NCBI GenBank assembly: GCA_964385505.1
Contig: CAYLPI010000001.1
Coordinates: forward strand, 19,902 to 83,901
Length of the DNA: 64,000 bases
Reading direction: 5' to 3'
From: an uncultured Bordetella sp.
Lineage (GTDB): Bacteria > Pseudomonadota > Gammaproteobacteria > Burkholderiales > SG8-39
Below the pieces are notes generated by a model. It was not told the origin of the DNA. It ran no database searches and worked only from the letters and a program-made list of their open reading frames with translations. Position numbers and translations under genes: made by a program. Below, one piece after another: positions 1-9,395 of this stretch (position 1 is the stretch's first letter; each line of letters opens with the position of its first letter).

Positions 1-1183
1 CGACCATGCGGCAGGATCCGGCGTCGCCGTGGACGACCGCCTCCAGCGCCTCGGCGGCACCGCGGCGCAGGCTGTGCACCTTGGCGACGTCGCCGCGGCG
101 CACGTGCGCGAGCAGCGAGCCGATGGTCGCCTGCGCCGGCGAGATGGCGATGTCGATACGTCCGTCCTGCAGCAAATCGACATAGGCGCGGCGGTTGATC
201 AGCGCGACGACGCGGCGCGCGCCCATGCGCTTGGCCAGCAGCGAAGCCATGATGTTGTTCTCATCATCATTGGTTACCGACACAAAAAGGTCCATTTCAT
301 CGACGTTTTCGGATTCAAGCAGGGTTTCGTCGGTGACGTCGCCGTTGAGCACTAGGGCATTGTCCAGCACGCCCGAGAGCATCTCGCAGCGCAATTTGTT
401 GCGATCGATGATCTTGACCACGTAGTTCTTGTCGAGGGCGCGCGCCAGACGCTCACCGATGTTGCCGCCGCCGGCGATCATGACGCGCTTGACCGGCCGG
501 TCCATGCGCCGCAACTCCTGCATCACCTTGCGGATGTCCTTGGTCGCGGCGAGGCAGAACACCTCGTCGCCGGCCTGCACAACGGTGTTGCCCTCGGGAA
601 CGATCGGGCTGTCGCCACGGAATATCGCGGCGATGCGCGCATCGACGGTGGGGATATGCTTGCGGATGTCCTTCAGTTCGTGGCCGACCAGCGGCCCGCC
701 CTTGAAAGCGCGCACCGCGACCAGGCTGACGCGCCCCTCGGCAAACTCCAGCACCTGCAGCGCCTCCGGGAACTCGACCAGCTTGACGATGTAGTCGGTG
801 AGTATCTGTTCCGGACAAATGGCGTGATCGACGGCAAAGCATTCCGGGGCAAACACCGCCTCATTGCCGAGGTAGGCGGTGGAGCGGATGCGCGCAATAC
901 ACGTGGGCAGGTTGAACATCTGCGTCGCAATCTTGCAGGCGACAAGGTTGACCTCGTCGCTTTGCGTGACTGCAATCAGCAGGTCGGCGTCATCGACGCC
1001 GGCCGCCCGCAGCGTATCGGGGTGTGCCGCGCTGCCGACAAGGGTGCGCAAGTCGAGCCGGTCCTGCAGCGCGCGCAGACGCGGCCCATCGGTATCGACA
1101 ACGGTGATGTCGTTGGCTTCCGAGACCAGGCTTTCGGCGACGGTGCTGCCGACCTGGCCCGCGCCGAGAATGATGATTTTCAA
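1..1183 (-). CDS. trkA: Trk potassium uptake protein TrkA (C-terminus beyond left edge)
   Basis: Absent from the ORF track because it runs off the window. Own reverse-strand translation from TTG (plus-strand caa 1181-1183) reads MKIIILGAGQVGSTVAESL (Rossmann GxGxxG). It stays open to position 1. A second NAD-binding repeat reads MIAGGGNIGERLA. Confidence 0.9.
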   Translation of the reverse strand, partial: MKIIILGAGQVGSTVAESLVSEANDITVVDTDGPRLRALQDRLDLRTLVGSAAHPDTLRAAGVDDADLLIAVTQSDEVNLVACKIATQMFNLPTCIARIRSTAYLGNEAVFAPECFAVDHAICPEQILTDYIVKLVEFPEALQVLEFAEGRVSLVAVRAFKGGPLVGHELKDIRKHIPTVDARIAAIFRGDSPIVPEGNTVVQAGDEVFCLAATKDIRKVMQELRRMDRPVKRVMIAGGGNIGERLARALDKNYVVKIIDRNKLRCEMLSGVLDNALVLNGDVTDETLLESENVDEMDLFVSVTNDDENNIMASLLAKRMGARRVVALINRRAYVDLLQDGRIDIAISPAQATIGSLLAHVRRGDVAKVHSLRRGAAEALEAVVHGDAGSCRMV

Positions 1184-1302
1184 GTGACGGCTTCGTTTTT
1201 CATTATTGTTTGCAAACGCCCGCCATTGTATGCCTTTTGTTGCTCCGCAATAGCGCCGGCCCGTCCGTCGCTGCGGCGTTCGGCACGCGCAATCCGAAGC
1301 GC

Positions 1303-2556
1303 CTAGTCTTTGTCGTCCTTGCGCGTTGCAGCGATACCCAGGGATTTGAGCTTGCGGTAAAGGTGGGTGCGCTCCAGTCCGCTTTTGTCGGCGACGCGGC
1401 TGATCGAGCCCTGCTCGCGCTCGAGGTGATGCTCGAAATAGGCACGCTCGAAAGCCTCGCGTGCCTCGCGCAGCGGCAGGTCGAGGTAAAGCGTCGCGGA
1501 ATCGGACTCCGCGCCCGCCAGCCCGGCCAGCACCGCCTCGACTTCGTCGGTGCCGATTTCCTCGCCGAATGCGGTGATGGCGACACTCTTGACCGCCTGC
1601 TGCAACTGTTCGAGGTTGAGCGGCCAGACGAAATTTCTCAGGGCATTGAGCGCTGCGGTGGAAAAGCGGCGCGGCGGGCAAAACCGCGTCTCCACCAGTT
1701 GCGCCAGCACCACGGCGGCGATATCGGGAATGTCCTCGGCGTGCTGGCGCAGCGACGGCAGCGAAAAATTCAGCTCGCCCAGCCGCGCCAGCAGGCTGGC
1801 ATCAAACGCCTGCCCCTCAACCAGTGCTGCAGCATCGCTGGCGGTAAATGAGACGATACGCACGTTGTGACGGTCGCTGCGCGCCGCAAGCAGCGCAAGG
1901 TGCTTTTGCTGGCTGCGCGTCAGTTGCGACAGTTCTTCAAGAAACAGGATGCCGCCGCCGGCCTCCTGCAACAAGTCGTGGGCGGCGTCATCGAGCCGCC
2001 CGCTGGCCTTGACGAACGGCGCGTTGCCCGCCTGCAATGCGCGCGCATATAGCTCGGGCATGACACCACTCTCGCCGCGCAGCAGCAGCGGCGCGGCCAC
2101 GCCGGCGAGCTGTGCCAGGCGCCGCCTGAGGTCGTTGACGAGTGCGGAACGGCCGAGGTTGGCCAGCGCCAGTCCCGGCGCGGCGGCGCGCTCTTGCAAG
2201 CGCAGCGCGCGTTTTACCGTGGCCAGCAGTTTTTGCAGCGCGATCGGTTTTTCCAGAAAATCGAGCGCGCCAATACGCGTGGCCTCGACCGCCGTATCGA
2301 TGGTGGCGTGACCGGACATCATCACCACCGGCATCGTCAGCTGGCCGTTGGCGGCCCATTCCTTGAGCAAGGAGATGCCGTCGGTGTCGGGCATCCAGAT
2401 ATCGAGCAGCACCAGGTCGGGCCGCCCCCTGGCGCGCTCGGCACGGGCCGCTGTCGCATTTTCGGCCACCCTCACGCTATGCCCCTCGTCGGCGAGAATC
2501 TCCGACAGCAGTTCGCGGATGCCCATTTCATCGTCAACCACCAGTATTTGCGCCAT
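1303..2556 (-). CDS. ntrX: NtrX-like response regulator (REC, degenerate sigma54-type AAA+ domain, Fis-type HTH)
   Basis: ORF 1303..2697, trimmed to internal MAQILVVDDEMGIRELL (codon 48). REC domain includes VLLDIWMPDTDG. C-terminal HTH reads ISRVADKSGLERTHLYRKLKSLGI. Lies directly downstream of the ntrY-like kinase. Confidence 0.85.
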   Translation of the reverse strand: MAQILVVDDEMGIRELLSEILADEGHSVRVAENATAARAERARGRPDLVLLDIWMPDTDGISLLKEWAANGQLTMPVVMMSGHATIDTAVEATRIGALDFLEKPIALQKLLATVKRALRLQERAAAPGLALANLGRSALVNDLRRRLAQLAGVAAPLLLRGESGVMPELYARALQAGNAPFVKASGRLDDAAHDLLQEAGGGILFLEELSQLTRSQQKHLALLAARSDRHNVRIVSFTASDAAALVEGQAFDASLLARLGELNFSLPSLRQHAEDIPDIAAVVLAQLVETRFCPPRRFSTAALNALRNFVWPLNLEQLQQAVKSVAITAFGEEIGTDEVEAVLAGLAGAESDSATLYLDLPLREAREAFERAYFEHHLEREQGSISRVADKSGLERTHLYRKLKSLGIAATRKDDKD

Positions 2557-2578
2557 GTGCTGTGTCTTTGTGTGCCGG

Positions 2579-4702
2579 TCAAGCGGCCTGGGTCTGCGTC
2601 TGGGCCAAGGGCAGCGCGATGCGGATCTGGGCGCCTGAAACGGCCCTACCCTCGGTGCGATTTTCAACACTGATGCTGCCGTGGTGTTCGTCAACAATCT
2701 TTTTTACAATCGCCAGGCCGAGGCCGGTGCCCCTGGGCTTGGTCGTGACATAGGGTTCAAAAACGCGCTGGATGAAATTCTCCGGAAAGCCGGTGCCGTT
2801 GTCGATGATGGACAGTTGCGCCTTGTCGCCGACGAGTTCGGTCCGCACTTCGATGCGCGCAGCGGCAACCCCGGTCAGCGCGTCCTGGGCGTTTTGCAGC
2901 AGGTTGTGGATGACCTGGCGCAACTGGTTGGTGTCACCGGCCACGGCCGGCAGCCCGGGCGCAAGGCGGGCGTCTATCAGCGCACCGGCATGGCCGTACA
3001 AGCCGAGCACCTCGCCAACCAGCCGGTTGAGATCGAGCGGCGCGAGGACGGGTGCCGGCATGCGGGCATAGTCACGAAAATCATCGACCATGTTCTTCAT
3101 CGACGTCACCTGGTTGACGATGGTTTCGGTGGCGCGGTTGAGGACCGCCGCATCCTCTGCACCCAGCTTGTCGGCCAGCTTCATCTGCAGGCGCTCGGCC
3201 GACAGTTGTATCGGCGTCAGCGGATTCTTGATTTCATGCGCAAGACGGCGCGCCACCTCGCCCCAGGCCGACGCGCGCTGCGCCTGGACAAGTTGCGTGA
3301 TGTCGTCGAAGACGACGATATAGCCGCCACCCGCCGTCGGCAGTTGCGAGCCGCGAAGCAGCAGCACCTGGCCGCGGCCGGGCAACTCGACCTGCTGCTG
3401 CCAGGTGCTGCTGCCGCGCTCACGGAAGTCCTCGCGTATCGTCGTCGCAAGCTCGCTCAGATGCGTCCATTCGTCCAGCCCGGCACCCGAGAGCAGCGAA
3501 ATATCCTGTCCGAGGATCTCCCCGGCGCTGCGGTTGGCGGTCGCCAGCCTGAACCCGGCGTCAAACACCAGTACACCGGCCGACAGGTTGGCGAGGATAT
3601 TCTCGAGGTAGGTCTTGGTGGTTTCGAGCTCGGTGCGGCTGGTCTCGGTGACATTGCGCGCGTCCTCGAGCTGTCGCGTCATGCTGTTGAACGAGTTGGT
3701 GAGAATACCCAGCTCATCGCGGCTTTGCACCTGCACGCGCCGGCTGAAATCGCCGCGTGCCACCGCCTGGGTGCCCTGCGCCAGTTCGGCCAACGGACCG
3801 GACAGGCGGCGCGACAGCACGAAGGCGAGGGCTATGGCCGAGAACAGCGCCAGCAACAAGGTCAGCGTCAGCGTCAGCAGGTAGATGTCGCGCAAACCGT
3901 CGCGCGACAGCGAGAGCTCCTTGTAGGCGCGGTAAACGCTTTGCACACTCTCCGCGTTGGCGGCGAGCGCCTGCGGCACCGGTTGCGTCAGCTGCAGAAA
4001 ACGCACTTCGTCGCTGAGGCTGGCCGGTGCGAGCGGCACAATCACACGCAATGACAGCGTGCGCTCGGCGCCCTCCACCGCGGCGTAGCTGCGCGACTGG
4101 CGCGCCATTCGCAACTGCGCCTGTGTCGGCAGCTCGGGCAGCAATTTGCCCAGGTCGCGGCTGGAGGTGGCGATGACCTTGCCACCCACGCTCACCAGCA
4201 GCGCATCGGCGAGCCCAAGTTTCTCGCGCATGCGGCTGAGGGTGAAGGACTGCTGCTGCGCCGGCTGGTCGGACAGTTCGAGCGCCATACCGCGCGCCTT
4301 GCCCTGCAGGTCGACCAGCAGGTTGTCAAGCGCGGCGCGGCCAAGATTGATGCCGCCCTCGAGCGCGTTTTCGACGCGCACATCGAACCACGACTCGATG
4401 CTTTTGGCCAGAAACTGCAGCGACACGGTGTAGACCAGCGCGCCCGGAACCAGCGCAACCAGCGCGAACATCACCACCAGCCGGAAGGTGAGCAGGGACC
4501 CGAAGACCTTGGCTCGGCGCGCGCGCCACAACATCGCAAGCTGGTAACCAACGAGGCCGAGCAAGCCCAGAACGAGCACGGCGTTGAGGCCGAGCAGCAA
4601 GGGGTAATGCTGCGCGAACAGCGGCGTGTTGGCACTCGCTGCGGCGAGCAGGAACAGCAGCACGGCGCCGATACAGGCACTGGCAAGCAGCAGGTAACTC
4701 AC
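2579..4702 (-). CDS. ntrY: NtrY-like sensor histidine kinase (TM, HAMP, PAS, HisKA, HATPase)
   Basis: 707 aa ORF. N-terminal TM helices; H-box LAHEIKNPLTPIQLSAERL; ATPase motifs IDNGTGF and GTGLGLAIVKKIV. Confidence 0.85.
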   Translation of the reverse strand: MSYLLLASACIGAVLLFLLAAASANTPLFAQHYPLLLGLNAVLVLGLLGLVGYQLAMLWRARRAKVFGSLLTFRLVVMFALVALVPGALVYTVSLQFLAKSIESWFDVRVENALEGGINLGRAALDNLLVDLQGKARGMALELSDQPAQQQSFTLSRMREKLGLADALLVSVGGKVIATSSRDLGKLLPELPTQAQLRMARQSRSYAAVEGAERTLSLRVIVPLAPASLSDEVRFLQLTQPVPQALAANAESVQSVYRAYKELSLSRDGLRDIYLLTLTLTLLLALFSAIALAFVLSRRLSGPLAELAQGTQAVARGDFSRRVQVQSRDELGILTNSFNSMTRQLEDARNVTETSRTELETTKTYLENILANLSAGVLVFDAGFRLATANRSAGEILGQDISLLSGAGLDEWTHLSELATTIREDFRERGSSTWQQQVELPGRGQVLLLRGSQLPTAGGGYIVVFDDITQLVQAQRASAWGEVARRLAHEIKNPLTPIQLSAERLQMKLADKLGAEDAAVLNRATETIVNQVTSMKNMVDDFRDYARMPAPVLAPLDLNRLVGEVLGLYGHAGALIDARLAPGLPAVAGDTNQLRQVIHNLLQNAQDALTGVAAARIEVRTELVGDKAQLSIIDNGTGFPENFIQRVFEPYVTTKPRGTGLGLAIVKKIVDEHHGSISVENRTEGRAVSGAQIRIALPLAQTQTQAA

Positions 4703-5301
4703 CGCGAATCGCCCTCCGGCTGGGTCGGCTTGCCGAGCGCTTCCTGCACCGGGGCGGCGAGCGTGAACGACCAGCGCTTCCAGTCAGACGAGAGGTTCCA
4801 GTCGCGGCTGGTGAGTGCGTCGACCTGGAACGGCTTGGGCAGCTGGGTCAGGTCAAGGCGCATGCGCAGGGCACCACTGAGGCTGTCGCCGGTCTTCAAC
4901 TGCGCCGATGCCGGGATCAGCCAACTGCGCACCCGGGACAAGGTTCGCACTGCCTCGTCCAGTGTTGCGAAATTCTGATGCAGTGCGCCGCTGGAGAGGC
5001 GGTATTGCCGCGTCAGCGGCTGGTAGGTCAGACGAAAGCGCTGCTGTTGCGAAACGACTTTTTCGTCCAGCCAGTACCAGCGCGACCGCGTGGCCTCGAA
5101 TTCGACCAGGAAATAAAGCGACAGGCCCTTGTTGACCGCGTCCTCCTGGCGCGACCGCAGCTCGATGCTGAAATCGGCGTTGATGACATAACCCTCATCG
5201 CCGACATCGACGCTGCCGCGGCGCAGCTCGATGCCCTCGGCCAACGCAAACGGCGCGTGCAGCGCAAGCAACAACAACAAGATATGGCGCAACCAATGCA
5301 T
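4699..5301 (-). CDS. DUF4390-like secreted protein
   Basis: 200 aa with signal peptide MHWLRHILLLLLALHAPFALAEG. Overlaps the ntrY start by 4 nt and the rsmB stop by 1 nt. Family assigned by recollection of the conserved rsmB-DUF4390-ntrY arrangement. Confidence 0.7.
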   Translation of the reverse strand: MHWLRHILLLLLALHAPFALAEGIELRRGSVDVGDEGYVINADFSIELRSRQEDAVNKGLSLYFLVEFEATRSRWYWLDEKVVSQQQRFRLTYQPLTRQYRLSSGALHQNFATLDEAVRTLSRVRSWLIPASAQLKTGDSLSGALRMRLDLTQLPKPFQVDALTSRDWNLSSDWKRWSFTLAAPVQEALGKPTQPEGDSR

Positions 5302-6614
5302 CAGACCGGCTTCTCGAGCAGGGCGTAGAAAAAGCCGTCATGCCGCGCACCGGGCAGCAACTGGCCGTCTGCGGGCATATCCGGCGCCTGTTCCAGAGGC
5401 GCGCGCCGCGCATCGTCATGGCGCGCGAGAAAGGCATCAACCTGTAGCGCATTTTCTTCCGGAAAAACACTGCAGGTGACGTACAGCAGCTTGCCGCCCG
5501 GAGACAGCAAAGGCCACAAGGCGTCCAGCATGTCGCGCTGTGTCAGGGCAAAACCGCCGACGTCCTTGGCCCGGCGCAGCCATTTGATATCAGGATGCCG
5601 CCGCACAACCCCCGACGCGGAGCAGGGTGCATCGAGCAGGATGCGGTCAAAGGTTTTGCCGTCCCACCATGTTTGCGGCAGCAGGCAATCCGCAGTCTTG
5701 ATGTCGGCGCCGGCGGCAAGCCCCAGGCGGTCGAGATTCTGCACGATGCTCTTCGCGCGCACCGCGTCGCTCTCCACCGCCACCAGGCTGCAGTCGGTAT
5801 GTTCGAGGATATGCCCGGCCTTGCCGCCGGGCGCGGCACAGGCGTCAAGCACATGCATACCGGCACGCACATCGAGCAGCGGCGCAGCGCATTGCGCGCC
5901 GGCATCCTGCACTGAAGCCTCGCCTTGCGCGAAACCCGGAATCTGGCCGACGGGCACCGGTCGCTCAAGCATCAGCGCGGTCTGTGACAGCGGTGTCGCC
6001 GCAATACCGGCGGCTTCAAGTTGCGCGCCGAACGCGGCAAGCGTGGTTTTGCGCAGGTTGACGCGCAGACACATCGGCGGGTGACGGTTGGATTGGGCCA
6101 GAATGTGCTGCCAGTCCACGGCATAGGCCCGTTTCAGTTTATCGACCCACCACTTGGGATGGCGCCAGCGCACTGCTTCGTTTTTTTCGGCATTGCGCAC
6201 CAACGCTTCGCTGTTGCGCAAAAAATTGCGCAGTATCGCGTTGGTCAGGCCGGCCGCGGCATTGAGTCCGGCCTGCCGCGCCGCTTCGACCGCCTGATCG
6301 ACGGTAGTGTGGGCAAACTGCGGCCCTGCGCGCAGTTCATTGATGGCAACCAGCAGCAGTGCGCGCAACTCGGGATTGTCGAGCGGCTTGTGCAACAGCA
6401 CGTTGAGCACCGCATCATTGATGCCGTGTTCGCGCAGCGTCCGGTAAGACAGATCGCGCGTCGCGGCGCGCAAGGCCTCGCCGCATTCGGTGCCCGCGCT
6501 TACCCGGACCAGCGCCTTGCCCAGGCTTTCACCGGCCACCACAGCCGCGACCACGCTTGTAGCAAGGCGAATCGATTGGGCAAGCGAGTGGGTGAAAGCG
6601 GGCGGGGCGGACAT
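5301..6614 (-). CDS. rsmB: 16S rRNA (cytosine967-C5)-methyltransferase RsmB
   Basis: 437 aa. NusB-like N-terminus; SAM motif LDACAAPGGK; catalytic DAPCSASGVVRRHPD. Confidence 0.9.
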   Translation of the reverse strand: MSAPPAFTHSLAQSIRLATSVVAAVVAGESLGKALVRVSAGTECGEALRAATRDLSYRTLREHGINDAVLNVLLHKPLDNPELRALLLVAINELRAGPQFAHTTVDQAVEAARQAGLNAAAGLTNAILRNFLRNSEALVRNAEKNEAVRWRHPKWWVDKLKRAYAVDWQHILAQSNRHPPMCLRVNLRKTTLAAFGAQLEAAGIAATPLSQTALMLERPVPVGQIPGFAQGEASVQDAGAQCAAPLLDVRAGMHVLDACAAPGGKAGHILEHTDCSLVAVESDAVRAKSIVQNLDRLGLAAGADIKTADCLLPQTWWDGKTFDRILLDAPCSASGVVRRHPDIKWLRRAKDVGGFALTQRDMLDALWPLLSPGGKLLYVTCSVFPEENALQVDAFLARHDDARRAPLEQAPDMPADGQLLPGARHDGFFYALLEKPV

Positions 6615-6680
6615 GGCGCGCCCATTCTATCTGCTTGGCCGGCGCAAATCGCAATTGCGCGCCAAGCCACGGGGACGCGA

Positions 6681-7619
6681 CTAAGCCGGGAACGATGCGT
6701 CGAAACAATCCCCGGTTCGCAGCCCGGCGCCGCGCACGAATTCATCCGCCCCTTGCCGCTTGCCGCCGGCTTTTTGCAGTTCGAGCAACTGCAATGCGCC
6801 CTCGGCACAGGCGACGCGCAGATCACCAGGGGCGACGGACAACACTTGCCCGGGGGCGCCGCGGCCATCGCACTGCAGGGCGCGCCAGATCTTGACATCA
6901 CCGCGGCGCAAAGCCGTAACGGCGCCAGGCACTGGATTGAACGCGCGCACCTGGCGGGCAATGTTTAGTGCCGGTTTGCTCCAGTCGATTCGCGCTTCGC
7001 GCTTTTGAATTTTTGCCGCGTACGTCATGCCTTCCGGGGCCTGCGCCTCGGCCGGTACCCGGGCTCGCCCAAGTTCGGCGATGACATCGACAATCAGGCG
7101 CGCGCCGGTCACAGTCAGTTTTTCGAGCAGGCTTCCCGCAGTATCGGCGGCGGCGATCTGCACGGACTCGCGTTTTAGCACCGCACCGGTGTCGAGGCCG
7201 GCGTCCATTTGCATGATGCACACGCCGGTAACGGTATCGCCGGCAAGAATGGCGCGCTGCACCGGGGCCGCACCGCGCCATCGCGGCAACAGGGAGGCGT
7301 GAATATTGAGCGCACCGCGGGAGGCAATATCGAGCACCGGCTGCGGCAGGATAAGTCCGTATGCGGCTACCACCATCAGCTCGGGCGAGGTTGCGGCAAT
7401 GCGCTGATGGGCCGCTTGCTGCTGCAGATGTTCCGGCTGAAACAAGGGTAAGTCATGCGCCAAAGCCAGCGCCTTCACCGCGCTGGGCTTTTCATGCAGG
7501 CCCCGACCGCTGGAGCGATCCGGCTGAGTGAGCACCAACACAATTTCGTGTCCGGCGGCGATCAGGGCGGCCAGGGCGGCCGCCGCAAATTGCGGTGTAC
7601 CGGCAAAGACAAGCTTCAT
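6681..7619 (-). CDS. fmt: methionyl-tRNA formyltransferase
   Basis: 312 aa, MKLVFAGTPQFAA..., HASLLPRWRGAAPVQRAI. Conserved def-fmt-rsmB order. Confidence 0.95.
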   Translation of the reverse strand: MKLVFAGTPQFAAAALAALIAAGHEIVLVLTQPDRSSGRGLHEKPSAVKALALAHDLPLFQPEHLQQQAAHQRIAATSPELMVVAAYGLILPQPVLDIASRGALNIHASLLPRWRGAAPVQRAILAGDTVTGVCIMQMDAGLDTGAVLKRESVQIAAADTAGSLLEKLTVTGARLIVDVIAELGRARVPAEAQAPEGMTYAAKIQKREARIDWSKPALNIARQVRAFNPVPGAVTALRRGDVKIWRALQCDGRGAPGQVLSVAPGDLRVACAEGALQLLELQKAGGKRQGADEFVRGAGLRTGDCFDASFPA

Positions 7620-7638
7620 CGGTTCGGCGCGGCCAGTC

Positions 7639-8145
7639 TCAGGCCGTGGACTTGCGCTGGTATTGCTTTTCGAGCTTGGAGCGGATGCGGGACTGTTTCA
7701 GGCGCGACAGATAGTCGACGAAGACCTTGCCTATGAGATGGTCCATTTCGTGCTGCACGCACACCGCGAGCAGACCGTCTGCCTTGAGCGAAAAGGGCTT
7801 TCCGGCGCGATCGAGCGCACGCACGACAATCGATTCGGCGCGCTCGACCATTTCGAACACTCCCGGCACCGACAAACATCCCTCTTCACAGGTCTGCAGC
7901 CCGGAATGGGTGATGATTTCAGGATTAATCAGCGTCAGCAGATTGTCGCGGGAATCTGAGGTGTCGATGATGATGATTTGCTGGTGAACGTTGACCTGGG
8001 TCGCCGCCAGGCCGACGCCGGGCGCCTCATACATGGTCTCGGCCATGTCGCTGACAAGACGGGCGACGGACTCATCCACCCGCGCCACTGGTTTGGCTAC
8101 GGTATGCAGGCGGGGGTCTGGATAGCGCAAAATCTCTAAAAGCAT
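7639..8145 (-). CDS. def: peptide deformylase
   Basis: 168 aa with the three deformylase motifs [14 protein letters not shown] and HEMDH. Confidence 0.95.
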   Translation of the reverse strand: MLLEILRYPDPRLHTVAKPVARVDESVARLVSDMAETMYEAPGVGLAATQVNVHQQIIIIDTSDSRDNLLTLINPEIITHSGLQTCEEGCLSVPGVFEMVERAESIVVRALDRAGKPFSLKADGLLAVCVQHEMDHLIGKVFVDYLSRLKQSRIRSKLEKQYQRKSTA

Positions 8146-8314
8146 AAAAACTTGCTAATTGAACGTATTAGATGCTAAATTTAACCTAGACTGTAAGATC
8201 TTGCCAGTCATTCGTGGTGGCTGTTCGTGGCTTCGCCTTGGGACTCGCCTACCAATGTGCGCGAATTCACGCGATTTCAGCCCCACGAGTGCGAAAATGG
8301 GGGTCGAGATTTCA

Positions 8315-9385
8315 ATGTACAAGCCAATTATGCCGCGTTCGACCATATTCGCGCTGGTGCTAGCGCTTTGCACGCCCGTTGCGCTGCTTACCAGCGCCCG
8401 GGCGCAAACCGCATCGGTCCCGATCAAGGAAAACGCGCCGGATCGCTACATCGTCGAAAAAGGCGACACGCTCTGGGGTATTTCCGGAAAATTCCTCAAG
8501 GAACCGTGGCGCTGGCCCGAGATCTGGAAGCTCAACGAAGAGCAAATCAAAAACCCCAACCGCATTTACCCTGGCAACGTAATCGTACTTGATCGTTCGG
8601 GCGGCGAAGCGCGCCTTCGGTTGATGGGCGACACGGTGAAATTGTCGCCGCGCGTGCGCACCGAAATGACCAGTTCGGCCATCCCGTCGATTCCTTCGTC
8701 CATCATTGAGCCCTTTCTGGCGCAACCACTGGTGATCGAGCAGGACGGCCTTGAGCGTGCACCGCGCGTTGTCGCAACCGAAGAGGGCCGCGTCAACATC
8801 GGCCCCGGCGGCCTCGCCTACGTCGGTGGCATCAGCGACAGCAAGGTCGCCAGCTGGCAGTTTTATCGCCCGGGTAAGGCTTTGGTTGATCCCGAAACAA
8901 AGAAAATACTGGGCTACGAAGCCGTATTTCTGGGCACCGGTTCGGTCGAGAAGTCCGGCAATCCGACCTCGGTACGCATCGTTTCGGCACGACAGGAAAT
9001 AGGCCGCGGCGACAGGCTTATCGCGGTCGGCCCGCCTCAAGCCAATGATTACCTGCCGCGCGCGCCGAAAAGCGCCTTGAGCGGGCGTGTGCTCGGCGTG
9101 TACGGCGGCCTGCGTGAAGCCGGTCGCAATTCCATCATCACCCTCAACCGCGGCTCGCGTGATGGCGTCGAGAACGGCCATGTGCTTGCGCTCTACCGCC
9201 TGGGAGAGACGGTGGAGGAAAAAGCCCCCGACCGTGGCGGCGAGAAAGTCATCAGCAAGGTCAAACTTCCGGACGAGCGCTACGGACTGGTGTTCGTGTT
9301 TCGCACGTTCGAGCAAGTGTCGTATGCCCTGGTGATGGAAAGTTCGAAATCGGTAACCACCAACGACGTCGTGCAAAAACCCTGA
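8315..9385 (+). CDS. LysM domain-containing periplasmic protein
   Basis: ORF 8159..9385, trimmed to MYKPIMPRSTIFALVLALCTPVALLTSARAQ (signal peptide). LysM-like YIVEKGDTLWGISGKFL. An alternative start at 8297 is possible. Confidence 0.8.
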   Translation: MYKPIMPRSTIFALVLALCTPVALLTSARAQTASVPIKENAPDRYIVEKGDTLWGISGKFLKEPWRWPEIWKLNEEQIKNPNRIYPGNVIVLDRSGGEARLRLMGDTVKLSPRVRTEMTSSAIPSIPSSIIEPFLAQPLVIEQDGLERAPRVVATEEGRVNIGPGGLAYVGGISDSKVASWQFYRPGKALVDPETKKILGYEAVFLGTGSVEKSGNPTSVRIVSARQEIGRGDRLIAVGPPQANDYLPRAPKSALSGRVLGVYGGLREAGRNSIITLNRGSRDGVENGHVLALYRLGETVEEKAPDRGGEKVISKVKLPDERYGLVFVFRTFEQVSYALVMESSKSVTTNDVVQKP

Positions 9386-9395
9386 CGGGTGACAC

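Noticed and set aside
2681-4054. 457-aa plus-strand ORF, plus similar long ORFs at 8360..9565, 21114..22088, 21641..22783, 33191..34393, 42280..43341, 45544..46860, 49617..50591, 54857..56209 and 61049..62209
   Set aside because: Each lies antisense to a well-supported gene. Their compositions are Arg/Ala/Gly/Pro-rich and low in complexity, and they have no family resemblance. They are treated as shadow ORFs.
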